Part shown: positions 1 to 9,225 of the stretch, one piece after another
Position numbering within the stretch: the first letter of the stretch is position 1
Layout of the letters: every line of letters starts with the position of its first letter
IMG/VR virus record: IMGVR_UViG_3300020042_011096
Coordinates: 1 to 32,239 of that record
Reading direction: 5' to 3' (one strand)
Length of the DNA stretch: 32,239 nucleotides
DNA from: a virus
Taxonomy: Duplodnaviria > Caudoviricetes
The notes under the pieces: generated by a model
Databases searched by the model: none
What the model saw: only the letters and a program-made list of their open reading frames with translations
Told to the model about the DNA's origin: nothing
Program-made: the position numbers and the translations under genes

Positions 1-121
1 GCCTCACGACAAGCTGCTGAACAAGCTGCATATATGCAATATGGTAATGCTGCCTTGCAAGCTGCTGTGCAAGGTACTGGTAAATTTGCCGGTGCTATGA
101 GTGAAGCTGAAGCTGCACAAA
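1..121. repeat. Terminal direct repeat, copy 1 (circular assembly overlap)
   Basis: Bases 1-121 are identical to 32119-32239. Confidence 0.97.
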
Positions 122-2553
122 GCGCATTGGAATCACAAGCAATTCAAGCGTCTGCTGCTGCACGTGCCATTGAAGGTGGTAATGTTCCAGTGGTTGAGGG
201 AATTCCAGTAGAAGGTTCTGCAGAAACTGCTGGAACTATAGCTCCATACCAAATGCCAAAATTTGGCTTTTTCAAGGAAGGAGAATCACCGCTAGCTGCT
301 CCAAGTACTCCACCGGCTGTTATTGCTCCACCGGATGCTAATCAAGTTGTGTCTGCAACTGATCCAGCAACTGAAGCAGAAATGCGTCACCTGATGCTTA
401 ATGAAGATCTTGATAAGCAATCGCAACAACGTGGTTTTGCAAATCAGGCTGCAGAAATGGGTTTAACACCTACACCTAAGCAAGCAGAAGCTGCAGCCAT
501 GAAAGCCGCTGATGTTGCAGTATTATCCGATGCTTTAAGTCCAGAAAATCAAAATATGGGAACAGCTGTTTCTCCTGGCATAACTGCATCAAATGCAGCA
601 CTAGGTGTTGCGCGTCGTGATGCAGATGGTGGTGCTGCACTGCCATTTACGTATAGTGCTCAAACAACTTCTGAGCAACTAAAGCCAAGAGTTGAATCAG
701 ATGTGTTTAATCCAACTGCCAAGGCAATGCGTGATCAGGCTAAAAAGGATGCTGTTATTGAGGCAGCTACTACCGGTGGAACTGCAGCAAAAAGAATTCT
801 TTCAGGACCAATTAGTGTTCCAGAAGTACCAGCCATGGCAGCGCCAGTAGTACCAGCAGCGCCAGTATCTCGCGTTGATGCAGGAGGTGGTGCTGCACTG
901 CCATTTGTTGAACCTAGCGCCGTTGATCAGGGCACTAGTAATATATTGCGCAAAACTTTACAGAGAATGCAAACAGCAGACGTTCAAGAAGTGGCTACTC
1001 CAGCTGCCCTTCAAGCAGCTATAGATAGTCCTGCCGTAGCTCTACCGGCTGATACAAAACTATCTGCAGCTCCAGCTGAAGTTCAACGTGCGGCGCAGGG
1101 ACCGGCTGGAGAAGCACTAGTGCCTAAAGTAAGTGATATTATGCCTATTCCCGGCATGGGCGGCGGTCTAAGTATCCCAGATCCACAAGCTATATTAACT
1201 CGCAGCACTCCAGAAGAAGATAAAGTTTATACAACGCAAATGTCAGCTGATATAGATAAACAAATCGCTGACCTAAAGCTACGCACTGGATTAGATATCA
1301 ACAAGCCTGCTGTTGCCAAAAGCATAGAAGCAGCTGGTAAGATTACAGGCTATACTCCACCAGCATATCCAAAGACTGCACGTGAACTTGCAAAAGAAAT
1401 AACAGACCAAGTTTGGAAGACTAGACCTCCTGGAAATCCATTGACGGCTTTGTTCATGCGAGATAACAGCGCACTCAACAAGCAGATTGCTGAAGATAAG
1501 GCTTTTCTTATAATCAGTGGAGCGCGTACAAAACATTCGGCTGAACATTTAGATAACTTTGTCAAGCTTGAAGAGTTTAAAACTAAGCAAAGTTTAGATG
1601 CCCGTAGAATGGATTTGCTTGAAGCTCAGGCATTGTATAATAATGCCAGGAGTGATAAAGCTGTTCGCTTTAAGACGGATTTGCCAAGTCCCGAACGCAA
1701 CAAACTGCAGGGATTGGACCTAGCTCAAAGATCATTAAGCAATTTATCAGAAACAACACGTGCCGCATTAGATGAAGGAAAAGGTCTGCCTCTTGGGACT
1801 GATCGTGCAATGGCAGAGGCATATGTTAAACTAAATGCTTCAAAACAAGGTAGCGATTCAGCTAGTATATCTGCTGGTACCGGTCTTCTAGGAGGAGCTA
1901 GTCTAAGTATTAGTCAAGCTAAATCAGGTAAACCGCTAGATGAAAAACTATTATTGGAATCTTTCAACGCCGTTGACCAGTCTGGCTGGACTCCAACGCA
2001 AAAAATAATGCACATGGAAAAGTTTAAAACTATCCAGAATCTTGGTAAGGCACTTGAAGGTGGCAAGCTAACAGATGCTGACTATGTTAAGTATGTTCAA
2101 ATTCTTATTAATAGCAGCGATCCACAAACGTATCTAATGTCAATTAATCGTCTTATGAAAGATAATTATGAAAACTACAATACGTATAAGACCAACTTAG
2201 GTGGAACCTACGAATCTAGTGCACTAGTTGGATTTGAACCTAAAAGTCCAGATTCGCTTTTCTTTAACGAAAAAGAGATAGCTTCTGCCTTTGCTGCACC
2301 GATTGGTGCAGAGGCGGCTAGACTGGCAGAACAAGGTCGGACTTATGGTGGACCAGGAACTTCTGTAAATCCACTAGTATCCGGAGCTGCAGGTACGATT
2401 CAAGCTTTAATAGCTAAATTGGCTACTCTAAATCCTAATAGTGCTGACGCAAATGCTATTAAAGCCGAAATCGCAAGATTACAAGCAGAAGCAAAAGCCG
2501 CTGCAGCTGCTGCCGCTAGCGGTAGTAGTGGTGGCAATCCAGATTTAGAATAA
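1..2553 (+). CDS. Large Ala/Pro-rich putative internal virion/ejection protein, 3' part (true start at 32035 across the circular join, ~878 aa)
   Basis: Frame is continuous from ATG 32035 through the overlap into the 34..2553 ORF. Low-complexity N-terminal half, helical C-terminal half; lies in a run of large Ala/Gly-rich genes after the tail genes. Function inferred from position and composition. Confidence 0.6.
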   Translation, partial: ASRQAAEQAAYMQYGNAALQAAVQGTGKFAGAMSEAEAAQSALESQAIQASAAARAIEGGNVPVVEGIPVEGSAETAGTIAPYQMPKFGFFKEGESPLAAPSTPPAVIAPPDANQVVSATDPATEAEMRHLMLNEDLDKQSQQRGFANQAAEMGLTPTPKQAEAAAMKAADVAVLSDALSPENQNMGTAVSPGITASNAALGVARRDADGGAALPFTYSAQTTSEQLKPRVESDVFNPTAKAMRDQAKKDAVIEAATTGGTAAKRILSGPISVPEVPAMAAPVVPAAPVSRVDAGGGAALPFVEPSAVDQGTSNILRKTLQRMQTADVQEVATPAALQAAIDSPAVALPADTKLSAAPAEVQRAAQGPAGEALVPKVSDIMPIPGMGGGLSIPDPQAILTRSTPEEDKVYTTQMSADIDKQIADLKLRTGLDINKPAVAKSIEAAGKITGYTPPAYPKTARELAKEITDQVWKTRPPGNPLTALFMRDNSALNKQIAEDKAFLIISGARTKHSAEHLDNFVKLEEFKTKQSLDARRMDLLEAQALYNNARSDKAVRFKTDLPSPERNKLQGLDLAQRSLSNLSETTRAALDEGKGLPLGTDRAMAEAYVKLNASKQGSDSASISAGTGLLGGASLSISQAKSGKPLDEKLLLESFNAVDQSGWTPTQKIMHMEKFKTIQNLGKALEGGKLTDADYVKYVQILINSSDPQTYLMSINRLMKDNYENYNTYKTNLGGTYESSALVGFEPKSPDSLFFNEKEIASAFAAPIGAEAARLAEQGRTYGGPGTSVNPLVSGAAGTIQALIAKLATLNPNSADANAIKAEIARLQAEAKAAAAAAASGSSGGNPDLE

Positions 2554-2569
2554 AAAATAGGTAAATAAT

Positions 2570-3715
2570 ATGGCTAAAATACAAATAGAAACAGCTAAAG
2601 ATGGCAAAACATATCTAGATGAAATAGAAGATACTGCACTGCAATCTACCAAGGAAAAACTAGAAGCAAAAGGATATTCCTTTAAGATAGTAGGACCGCC
2701 TTTGACTGAAGCCCAAGCTACCGGTATCATACCTACAGTTCAGGCAGAAGCTAGCCGCAAAGAATCAATGGTTGGTGGATTGTTACAAGGCGTCAGTCTA
2801 GGTACCGAAGATGTGTTGGGAGCCGACAAAGAAAGTATTCGTCTTCGTCAAGAGGCTGAACACCCTTATATATATGGTGCCAGTAAGTTTCTAGGATCGC
2901 TAGTACCAGGCATGGGTATGGCTGCAGGTGGAGCTGCGCTTGGTACAGCTAGTCCACTAGGACCGGGTGTTGGTACTGCAGTTGGTGGTGCAGCTGGCGC
3001 TGGACTTGCCGGTTTGATTGAATCATATGCGAGCAAAGAAACACCACCAGAAGGCAAAGGATTACCTAGCGTTAGCGATATGGCAATGGGTTTAATTTCG
3101 GGTGTTACTGAAGGTGTTGGTGCAAAGGTAGCTCCATTAGCTAGGAATGTATATCGTTCAGCACGTGATAAGCTTATTGGCAAGGAAATGGTTAAAGGAG
3201 CTACTGAACTATCTGAAATATCAGCTGAAGAGATAGCTAAAAAGTTAAATATTTTTAAACGTATACGTGACAAAGTAGCAGCAAATAAAAAACTAACTCA
3301 AATTGATGACTTGCTTAAAAGGTCTGATGAAGAAATATATGACGAACTAGATCCTAAAGATGCATCAGATATGTTGGTAATTAAAAGAGACATGGAAGCT
3401 AGCATTGCTGCAGAAGGTGGGACTAATCTTGGTAAAGTTGATAGCAGGATTGAAGTATTGGAAAATCAACTTAAGGCTGCAGAAGCTGCTACAGCACGTG
3501 CACTGTCTAATCCAGTTGTGGGTGGAGCAACAGCTGCGCTACCAATGGCAGTGCCAGATGTGGATATATCAGAAGAACAGCGGCTAGCCCTACAGAAAAA
3601 AGCTATTGAACGAGCCTATTATGAGGCACAACGTAGCAAGCTGGGCGCGCAAGCTGGAACAGCTAGCTCAATATATGAACCCAGTCCATCGGGTGTCCGC
3701 AAAGGTTCAATATAG
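2570..3715 (+). CDS. Putative ejection/DNA-transfer protein with glycine-zipper hydrophobic segment
   Basis: 381 aa; GMGMAAGGAALGTASPLGPGVGTAVGGAAGAGLAGL has GxxxG repeats typical of podovirus ejected proteins. Confidence 0.6.
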   Translation: MAKIQIETAKDGKTYLDEIEDTALQSTKEKLEAKGYSFKIVGPPLTEAQATGIIPTVQAEASRKESMVGGLLQGVSLGTEDVLGADKESIRLRQEAEHPYIYGASKFLGSLVPGMGMAAGGAALGTASPLGPGVGTAVGGAAGAGLAGLIESYASKETPPEGKGLPSVSDMAMGLISGVTEGVGAKVAPLARNVYRSARDKLIGKEMVKGATELSEISAEEIAKKLNIFKRIRDKVAANKKLTQIDDLLKRSDEEIYDELDPKDASDMLVIKRDMEASIAAEGGTNLGKVDSRIEVLENQLKAAEAATARALSNPVVGGATAALPMAVPDVDISEEQRLALQKKAIERAYYEAQRSKLGAQAGTASSIYEPSPSGVRKGSI

Positions 3716-3750
3716 TCTCGGTCTAAAATACTAAATAGAGGGATATTTAA

Positions 3751-6700
3751 ATGCCAACACCTTGGGATCAGAAAAAGAAAGCTGAAATGGCTCGTATGCT
3801 AGCAGAGGCTGAAGCTGACGCTATTAAGGGTTCAGACACGCCTGATAGTTTACTTTCAACACGTGGTTTTACCTTTGGTGGTCCAGAAGGTGGTTGGGAA
3901 GCATTCAAAGCTGGTTTTGGTAAAGAAGCTACATATGGCTTTGGCGACGAAGCAGCTGCAGCACTTTCCGGTGTTGAGACTACTGACGAAGAACGTATAG
4001 CAACCAATGAAGAAATGGATGCTGTTATAAATAAAAATGCCATTAATGCCGCATTAGGCTTTGTTGGTGGCGTAGTTCCTGCTGTTGCAACTCTAGGTTA
4101 CGGTGCTATTACGAATGCAGCAACCAAAGCAGCTACAGCAGCTGGTATGGCAGCTGGTAAGCTAGCGGCAAAAGAAGTAGTTAAAACTATTACTCCAAAA
4201 ATGGCTGTTGGAATCAATGCAGCTGAAGGCGCTGTTAGTGGTGTTGGCGAAGGTGAGGGAGTTGAAGGACGCATAGTAGGCGGCATTACAGGCGCTACAA
4301 TAGGTGGTCTTGTAGGCAGTGCTGCACAAGCAATTCCAGGTGTCACGCGTGCTGTAGCAGATACAGTTAGCAATGATAGAAAAATACAAAATGCTGCCAG
4401 TGAAATGGCCAAAGAAGATGCTGAACGTTTGGCAAGAGAGCTTGCTTTTCAGCAAAGCATAAAAGTAAATAAGTTTAATACTGGATATCCGTTACTTGAT
4501 GATGAAATAAAATCATTAAACAAACAAAAGGTAGCTGCTCGTAGAGAAGGAGATAAAGCAGCTGAAGCAGAAATAGACGTAAAACTTAAACCACTTAATG
4601 CATTAAAAACACAGAAACGCCCAGAACTTGCAACAGAAGCAGCAAGACTCGCAGCATTAGAAAGTAATAAAAATGCTGCCTTTACTAAAACCGGCTTTAG
4701 AGCGTCTATGACAGATGACGAGCTAGAAGCCGCAGCTGATGCATTAGAAGTTGCAAAAGCAGTTAAAGGTAAAAATCCTATTATAGTTCCACCTGAACGA
4801 AGTGTAGATGCATATGCACGCGAAAAGGATAGACGTTTAAATCCAAGAGCTAGAACTAATAAAAATCCTTATGGTAACGATCCAGCAGAAGAAGCTACAA
4901 AATTTGAAGATATAGATATAGGTGCAGAAGAAAAAGCTATTGAGACTGCAGTAAAAACAAGTCATGCAGCACGCAAAAAAACACAATCACGCGAATTCTT
5001 TAATAATCGTAGATTTTATGATCAAAATATTGATGACATAGAAGTTAAAGATATTTTAAAAAATCCAAATCATCCATTATTAGCGGAACCAATTCAAGCA
5101 GCTGCTAGCGCCAATAAAGGCTATCAACTAGCTATTAATGAGTGGCAAGCAAACAAAAATAAAAACTGGAAAACCGGTGAACGTGATTATATAAAGACCG
5201 GCGAAGAATTAATGCTTATGAATAGTGATTTAGCTCCAGTTCAACGTAGCAAATTAGCTTTTAAAGATAAGCCGGATCCAAATCAGCCCGGTGGATACTT
5301 GATTTCAGAAGAACCAGCGGTTAAAGATTTATATAAACCAAACAATACCGATGTTACTTGGGAACGGCAGGATACTTTTGGCCAAGGAGTATATGGTAGA
5401 GTTTATCCAGTAATTGATAGAAATGGTAAACCTAAAGCTGCAAAAATATCTTTTGTTGATATTATGAATCGTAGTATAGCAGCTGAAAGCCATGCGCACG
5501 AAAAAGAAGTAGCACGTGCTATACAAAATGTCAAAGCTAATGCAACGCCAACTGAAAAAAGTTTATATCTAAAACATTTTCCCGACTTTGAACAAGTACT
5601 TGATCGGCCAGATAATTCATCCGGTTATATATTTGTTATGGACGAATTGCGTCCAATGAATGATATTGAAAAAGCTGAACTATTTGAAGGACGTACAATA
5701 TTAAAAGAACTTTTAGAAAAAAAAGGTTATAAAAATGTAGACGCATATATGGATCCTTCTGGTAAAGATTTTATATTACCTATTGATAGCGACTTTTCTG
5801 CGCATCCTGCACCAGCTATTATGGCTAATTTACCTTGGAAGGATAAATATCGTCGTGTTTTATCTGCCGATGATTATAACAATATGACACCACGTGTTCG
5901 TAGTGCTTACAAAGCATTAGAGTTTATGTCATCAGTGAAGGGTATTGGCTGGGGCGATCTACATGCTCTTGGTAATGCCATGATTAATCCAAAAACTGGT
6001 GATTATGTTTTTCAAGATGTTGGTTTATTTCAATTACGTGATGCTTCAAATGCGCTGCATCGCTACGATAAAACTAGAAATTATGATCAACGCCTGCAGG
6101 CAGAAGTAGCTGGTGCCGAAGCACGTGTTGGCGATGCAGAAGCATTAGCAGCCGATATAGCTGAAAATGAAGCAATTGCTGCAGCACGTGCGCCTCGTCC
6201 TCTTGCTGATAAAGCAACAGTTGAACGTGCGCGTGCAGCAGCTAAAGATATAAAAGCATTATCACCGGCTGAAATGGCTAGACGATTTAAACAACCTAAT
6301 CGTAGTGCTGGCGCTATGGCTGCTGAACCGGGTTTTTATGAAGATGAAAATGGTCAAATGATGTTTTGGTCTGGCCAAGAAATGCGCAGTGTAAAACCAA
6401 ATGCTATTAGCACTAGACCTGCAGCTGCACCAGAACAAATGGAACTTGATTTTACAGAACAAATGGAACTTGATTTTACAGAACGTAATAACAATGTAGC
6501 ACTAGAACTTGCAAGACGAGATACGCCGTCAAATAAGAAATTTCCAGGAAAGCGTGCGCCCTCTCCACGGTCGCGCATGGCTCGTTCAAAAAAACCAACT
6601 ACGACTGCTATGGTACCACTTGATTCTGAAGCTATGATTGATAGAGCTAAAGGTCCAGGTATTCTTAGTCGCATTGGTAAAGCATATAGAAGTGCTACTA

Positions 6701-7164
6701 ATACTCCAAATCTTAAAGAGTTTAGAGAAGAAAGAAACTATCTTGAAAGTGATTATGATTTCTCTTATGCAAAACTAGCAAATGCTACAACTGAACGAGA
6801 AATAAGAACTGCTGAACGTGAACTAGATAAAGCTTATGATGATTTACGTGTGCATATTATCAGATATCCAGATATCATTGAATTACAAGATAAAGTAGAC
6901 TATGCGAATGAAATGGCTGCAAGGGTATACCGACGTATTGAAGCTAATAAAATTGGTGATTTGACCGATGAAGAAATTCTACAAAGAAGATTAATGAATA
7001 GAAAAGATCTAAGGGCTTTGCGTGCTGATGCTGAAAATGTCGGACAGGAGAAACGAGCTGTTGCACGTCAAATAGAAAACGTATTTTATAATTATCCGGA
7101 CCTGAAAAGAGAACTAGCTCCCGATCATCCTGTGCGCGCAGCTCGCCGAGATTGGCAAAGATAA
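3751..7164 (+). CDS. Large multidomain putative ejection protein: N-terminal Gly-zipper region, central protein-kinase-like domain, tandem QMELDF motif
   Basis: 1137 aa; SD GAGGG. Kinase-like motifs in order: GQGVYGRVY, AAK, HEKE, YIFVMDEL, WGDLHALGN, FQDVGL. Confidence 0.75.
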   Translation: MPTPWDQKKKAEMARMLAEAEADAIKGSDTPDSLLSTRGFTFGGPEGGWEAFKAGFGKEATYGFGDEAAAALSGVETTDEERIATNEEMDAVINKNAINAALGFVGGVVPAVATLGYGAITNAATKAATAAGMAAGKLAAKEVVKTITPKMAVGINAAEGAVSGVGEGEGVEGRIVGGITGATIGGLVGSAAQAIPGVTRAVADTVSNDRKIQNAASEMAKEDAERLARELAFQQSIKVNKFNTGYPLLDDEIKSLNKQKVAARREGDKAAEAEIDVKLKPLNALKTQKRPELATEAARLAALESNKNAAFTKTGFRASMTDDELEAAADALEVAKAVKGKNPIIVPPERSVDAYAREKDRRLNPRARTNKNPYGNDPAEEATKFEDIDIGAEEKAIETAVKTSHAARKKTQSREFFNNRRFYDQNIDDIEVKDILKNPNHPLLAEPIQAAASANKGYQLAINEWQANKNKNWKTGERDYIKTGEELMLMNSDLAPVQRSKLAFKDKPDPNQPGGYLISEEPAVKDLYKPNNTDVTWERQDTFGQGVYGRVYPVIDRNGKPKAAKISFVDIMNRSIAAESHAHEKEVARAIQNVKANATPTEKSLYLKHFPDFEQVLDRPDNSSGYIFVMDELRPMNDIEKAELFEGRTILKELLEKKGYKNVDAYMDPSGKDFILPIDSDFSAHPAPAIMANLPWKDKYRRVLSADDYNNMTPRVRSAYKALEFMSSVKGIGWGDLHALGNAMINPKTGDYVFQDVGLFQLRDASNALHRYDKTRNYDQRLQAEVAGAEARVGDAEALAADIAENEAIAAARAPRPLADKATVERARAAAKDIKALSPAEMARRFKQPNRSAGAMAAEPGFYEDENGQMMFWSGQEMRSVKPNAISTRPAAAPEQMELDFTEQMELDFTERNNNVALELARRDTPSNKKFPGKRAPSPRSRMARSKKPTTTAMVPLDSEAMIDRAKGPGILSRIGKAYRSATNTPNLKEFREERNYLESDYDFSYAKLANATTEREIRTAERELDKAYDDLRVHIIRYPDIIELQDKVDYANEMAARVYRRIEANKIGDLTDEEILQRRLMNRKDLRALRADAENVGQEKRAVARQIENVFYNYPDLKRELAPDHPVRAARRDWQR
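6431..6484 (+). repeat. Perfect 24-bp tandem duplication encoding EQMELDFT twice
   Basis: cagaacaaatggaacttgatttta occurs twice, followed by cagaac. Confidence 0.95.
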
Positions 7165-7202
7165 TATTTAAATATGTTACGAATATAACAAGAGGAAATG
7201 AT

Positions 7203-7544
7203 ATGGGACACATGATGCGAAAAGGAATGGGAAATGGTGCTTGTCCAATGTGTGGAGAAGACCCATGTGCTTGTGAATCTAAAATGGAAGGGGGTGAGGA
7301 AGAAGGTTACGAAAGTGCTGAAGGCGACAATGAGTCAGAAGATTCTGGTGAAATGGACGTAGAAGCTCTAAAGCAAGAAGCTATCTCAGCCCTATTTGAT
7401 AAAGGTACTGACGATATGCTCAAGAAAGAAATTGCACAAGCACTAGCTGATGGCGATTTTGAACACGTTAGTATGTTGCTCGCTGATAGTAAAGGTCCAG
7501 GAAAGAAGCCAAAAGGCATTGCCGTTATGATAGGAGTAAAGTGA
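7203..7544 (+). CDS. Acidic hypothetical protein with N-terminal Cys cluster (CPMCGEDPCAC)
   Basis: Start reassigned to ATG 7203 after SD AGAGG. Confidence 0.75.
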   Translation: MGHMMRKGMGNGACPMCGEDPCACESKMEGGEEEGYESAEGDNESEDSGEMDVEALKQEAISALFDKGTDDMLKKEIAQALADGDFEHVSMLLADSKGPGKKPKGIAVMIGVK

Positions 7545-7741
7545 TGATTGAACAACTATTAACAGCCGCAAATCTCAACAGCGCCGTTGTGCTTATGCTG
7601 GCGCTGCTGACCAAAGATTTCGTCGTGGGGATTCTACGCGCAGTCTCTAAAAAGTTACTCACAGACAAAGACAAAAAAAATGACGCTATTGGTGTCACAG
7701 CAGGCGTAATCGCAGATAGCCTGGACCAAGTAAAGAAATGA
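7541..7741 (+). CDS. Small membrane protein, possible holin
   Basis: 66 aa with hydrophobic SAVVLMLALL..FVVGIL and a charged C-terminus; overlaps both neighbours; SD AGGAG. Confidence 0.55.
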   Translation: MMIEQLLTAANLNSAVVLMLALLTKDFVVGILRAVSKKLLTDKDKKNDAIGVTAGVIADSLDQVKK

Positions 7742-7953
7742 AATGCTTAAAGTGCGGCTGCGAACACGATGACGATGAAGAAGGCGTTGATGGCGTTGAT
7801 GAAGAACTTGATGCGTCTGAACTAGAAGAAGCAATGGCACTTATGAAAAAGCTTGATATGAAGAAATACTTTGTCAAAGATATTTTTATCATGCGTGATA
7901 AACTTAATGGTATACTAAAAGAAGACGAAGACGAGGGTGATTACAATGAATAA
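7738..7953 (+). CDS. Small acidic protein with N-terminal CxxCxC motif
   Basis: MKCLKCGCEHDDDEEG...; ATGA overlap with the upstream gene. Confidence 0.7.
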   Translation: MKCLKCGCEHDDDEEGVDGVDEELDASELEEAMALMKKLDMKKYFVKDIFIMRDKLNGILKEDEDEGDYNE

Positions 7954-8089
7954 TTTGTATGATAATATAAGAAAGAAACGAGCAAGAGGTGAACCTCCTG
8001 CAAAACCGGGTGAAAAAGATTACCCCACAGGTATTTTAGAAAAGCTAGCAAGAGAAGCAGCAGAAAAAGAACAAAAGAAGAAAAAGTAA
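7946..8089 (+). CDS. 47-aa basic phage protein (below the ORF-track cutoff)
   Basis: MNNLYDNIRKKRARGEPPAKPGEKDYPTGILEKLAREAAEKEQKKKK; SD GAGGG; TAATG coupling to the next gene. Resembles a small 'LYxNIxxKRxRGExxxKPGxKxxP' family I recall from aquatic phages. Confidence 0.75.
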   Translation: MNNLYDNIRKKRARGEPPAKPGEKDYPTGILEKLAREAAEKEQKKKK

Positions 8090-8331
8090 TGGCTGAATAC
8101 AAAGGACGTAAAGTAACACTAAACAAACCAATGAGGGGTGACCGTAAGAAGTTTAAGGTATATGTTATGAACCCAGAAAGCGGTCGTGTTATTAAAGTTG
8201 AGTATGGCGATCCAAATATGCGCATACGTAAATCTAATCCAGCTGCCCGAAAGAGTTTTCGTGCTCGTCATAGATGTGAAAGTCCTGGACCTAAAACAAA
8301 AGCCCGGTACTGGTCGTGCCGCAATTGGTAA
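8089..8331 (+). CDS. Conserved basic phage protein of unknown function (RKSFRARHxC...ARYWSCxxW family)
   Basis: 80 aa; motif recognised from environmental phage proteins. Confidence 0.8.
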   Translation: MAEYKGRKVTLNKPMRGDRKKFKVYVMNPESGRVIKVEYGDPNMRIRKSNPAARKSFRARHRCESPGPKTKARYWSCRNW

Positions 8332-8344
8332 GAGGGTATACGAA

Positions 8345-8419
8345 ATGATTAATTTTTTGTTTGGATTTATAATTGCAATCAGTATTTTAAATTTTGTTCG
8401 CGATGTGGACGGTATATGA
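8345..8419 (+). CDS. 24-aa hydrophobic peptide
   Basis: SD GAGGG; MINFLFGFIIAISILNFVRDVDGI. Confidence 0.5.
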   Translation: MINFLFGFIIAISILNFVRDVDGI

Positions 8420-8496
8420 TTATATCATATATATTTGCTGTTTTGCTTGTTCTGCTTTGTGTCTATGAGTTCGTAAGAGCATTCGGGCACAAATGA
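8416..8496 (+). CDS. 26-aa hydrophobic peptide
   Basis: ATGA overlap with the previous ORF; MIISYIFAVLLVLLCVYEFVRAFGHK. Confidence 0.5.
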   Translation: MIISYIFAVLLVLLCVYEFVRAFGHK

Positions 8497-8518
8497 TTAT
8501 GGGGGGTGTGGGGGTATT

Positions 8519-9142
8519 ATGAAAAGAGTTATACTGAGTTTAATATTAGCATTAACAACAAGCTGCTGTCATTTGTTTCAGCTGGATACAGCTGACGTAA
8601 TTGAGGTAGGAGCTGTATCGGTTGTGCGTGTTAAGACTGCAACCGGTTACTGTTCTGGATTTGCATTGGATAGCAGCACAATTGTAACAGCTGCTCATTG
8701 TGTCAGTACACCCAATGCGTATATAGAATGGGGAAGCAAAGTTATTCTAGGAGTCGTAGTTGCAGCTGATGTTACAAACGATGTAGCAATAATTAAAAGT
8801 TTATATCCAGCAGACGGTCTATTAGGATTAATGCCAAGGACTGCTAAGTTACGTAGAGGTGACCAACTTGTTACAGTTGCTTTTCCTGGATGGGCTAATG
8901 TTCAAAATGCATTTGAACTTGGAGTCGTAATTGACAGCGATGAAAACGTAATATTAACTTTAGATAGCTGTTTGCCTGGAGATAGTGGTGGAGCAGTCTT
9001 AGATGTATATGGACAGGTTGTTGGACTGTGCAGTCGTGTATCACCACGAATTGCTATGTACCCGGGTTCTGAAGGTCTTGAGCATTCTCATAGAGATGTA
9101 GCCATCGTGATACCTATCCAGAAAGCATTAGATTTGCTGTGA
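8519..9142 (+). CDS. Trypsin-like (S1) serine protease, probable lipoprotein
   Basis: TAAHC (His), NDVAII (Asp) and PGDSGG (Ser) triad motifs; N-terminal MKRVILSLILALTTSC looks like a signal peptide with lipobox Cys. Confidence 0.9.
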   Translation: MKRVILSLILALTTSCCHLFQLDTADVIEVGAVSVVRVKTATGYCSGFALDSSTIVTAAHCVSTPNAYIEWGSKVILGVVVAADVTNDVAIIKSLYPADGLLGLMPRTAKLRRGDQLVTVAFPGWANVQNAFELGVVIDSDENVILTLDSCLPGDSGGAVLDVYGQVVGLCSRVSPRIAMYPGSEGLEHSHRDVAIVIPIQKALDLL

Positions 9143-9154
9143 TGAGTTTAAACG

Positions 9155-9186
9155 AGAAGACCCGGCTTGTGACCGGGTCTTTTCTT
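9155..9186. terminator. Intrinsic terminator between convergent genes, probably bidirectional
   Basis: aagacccgg-cttgtga-ccgggtctt followed by ttctt. Confidence 0.8.
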
Positions 9187-9225
9187 GAAGAGCTTATATT
9201 TGATTCTGTTAGACGTTCTAAATAA

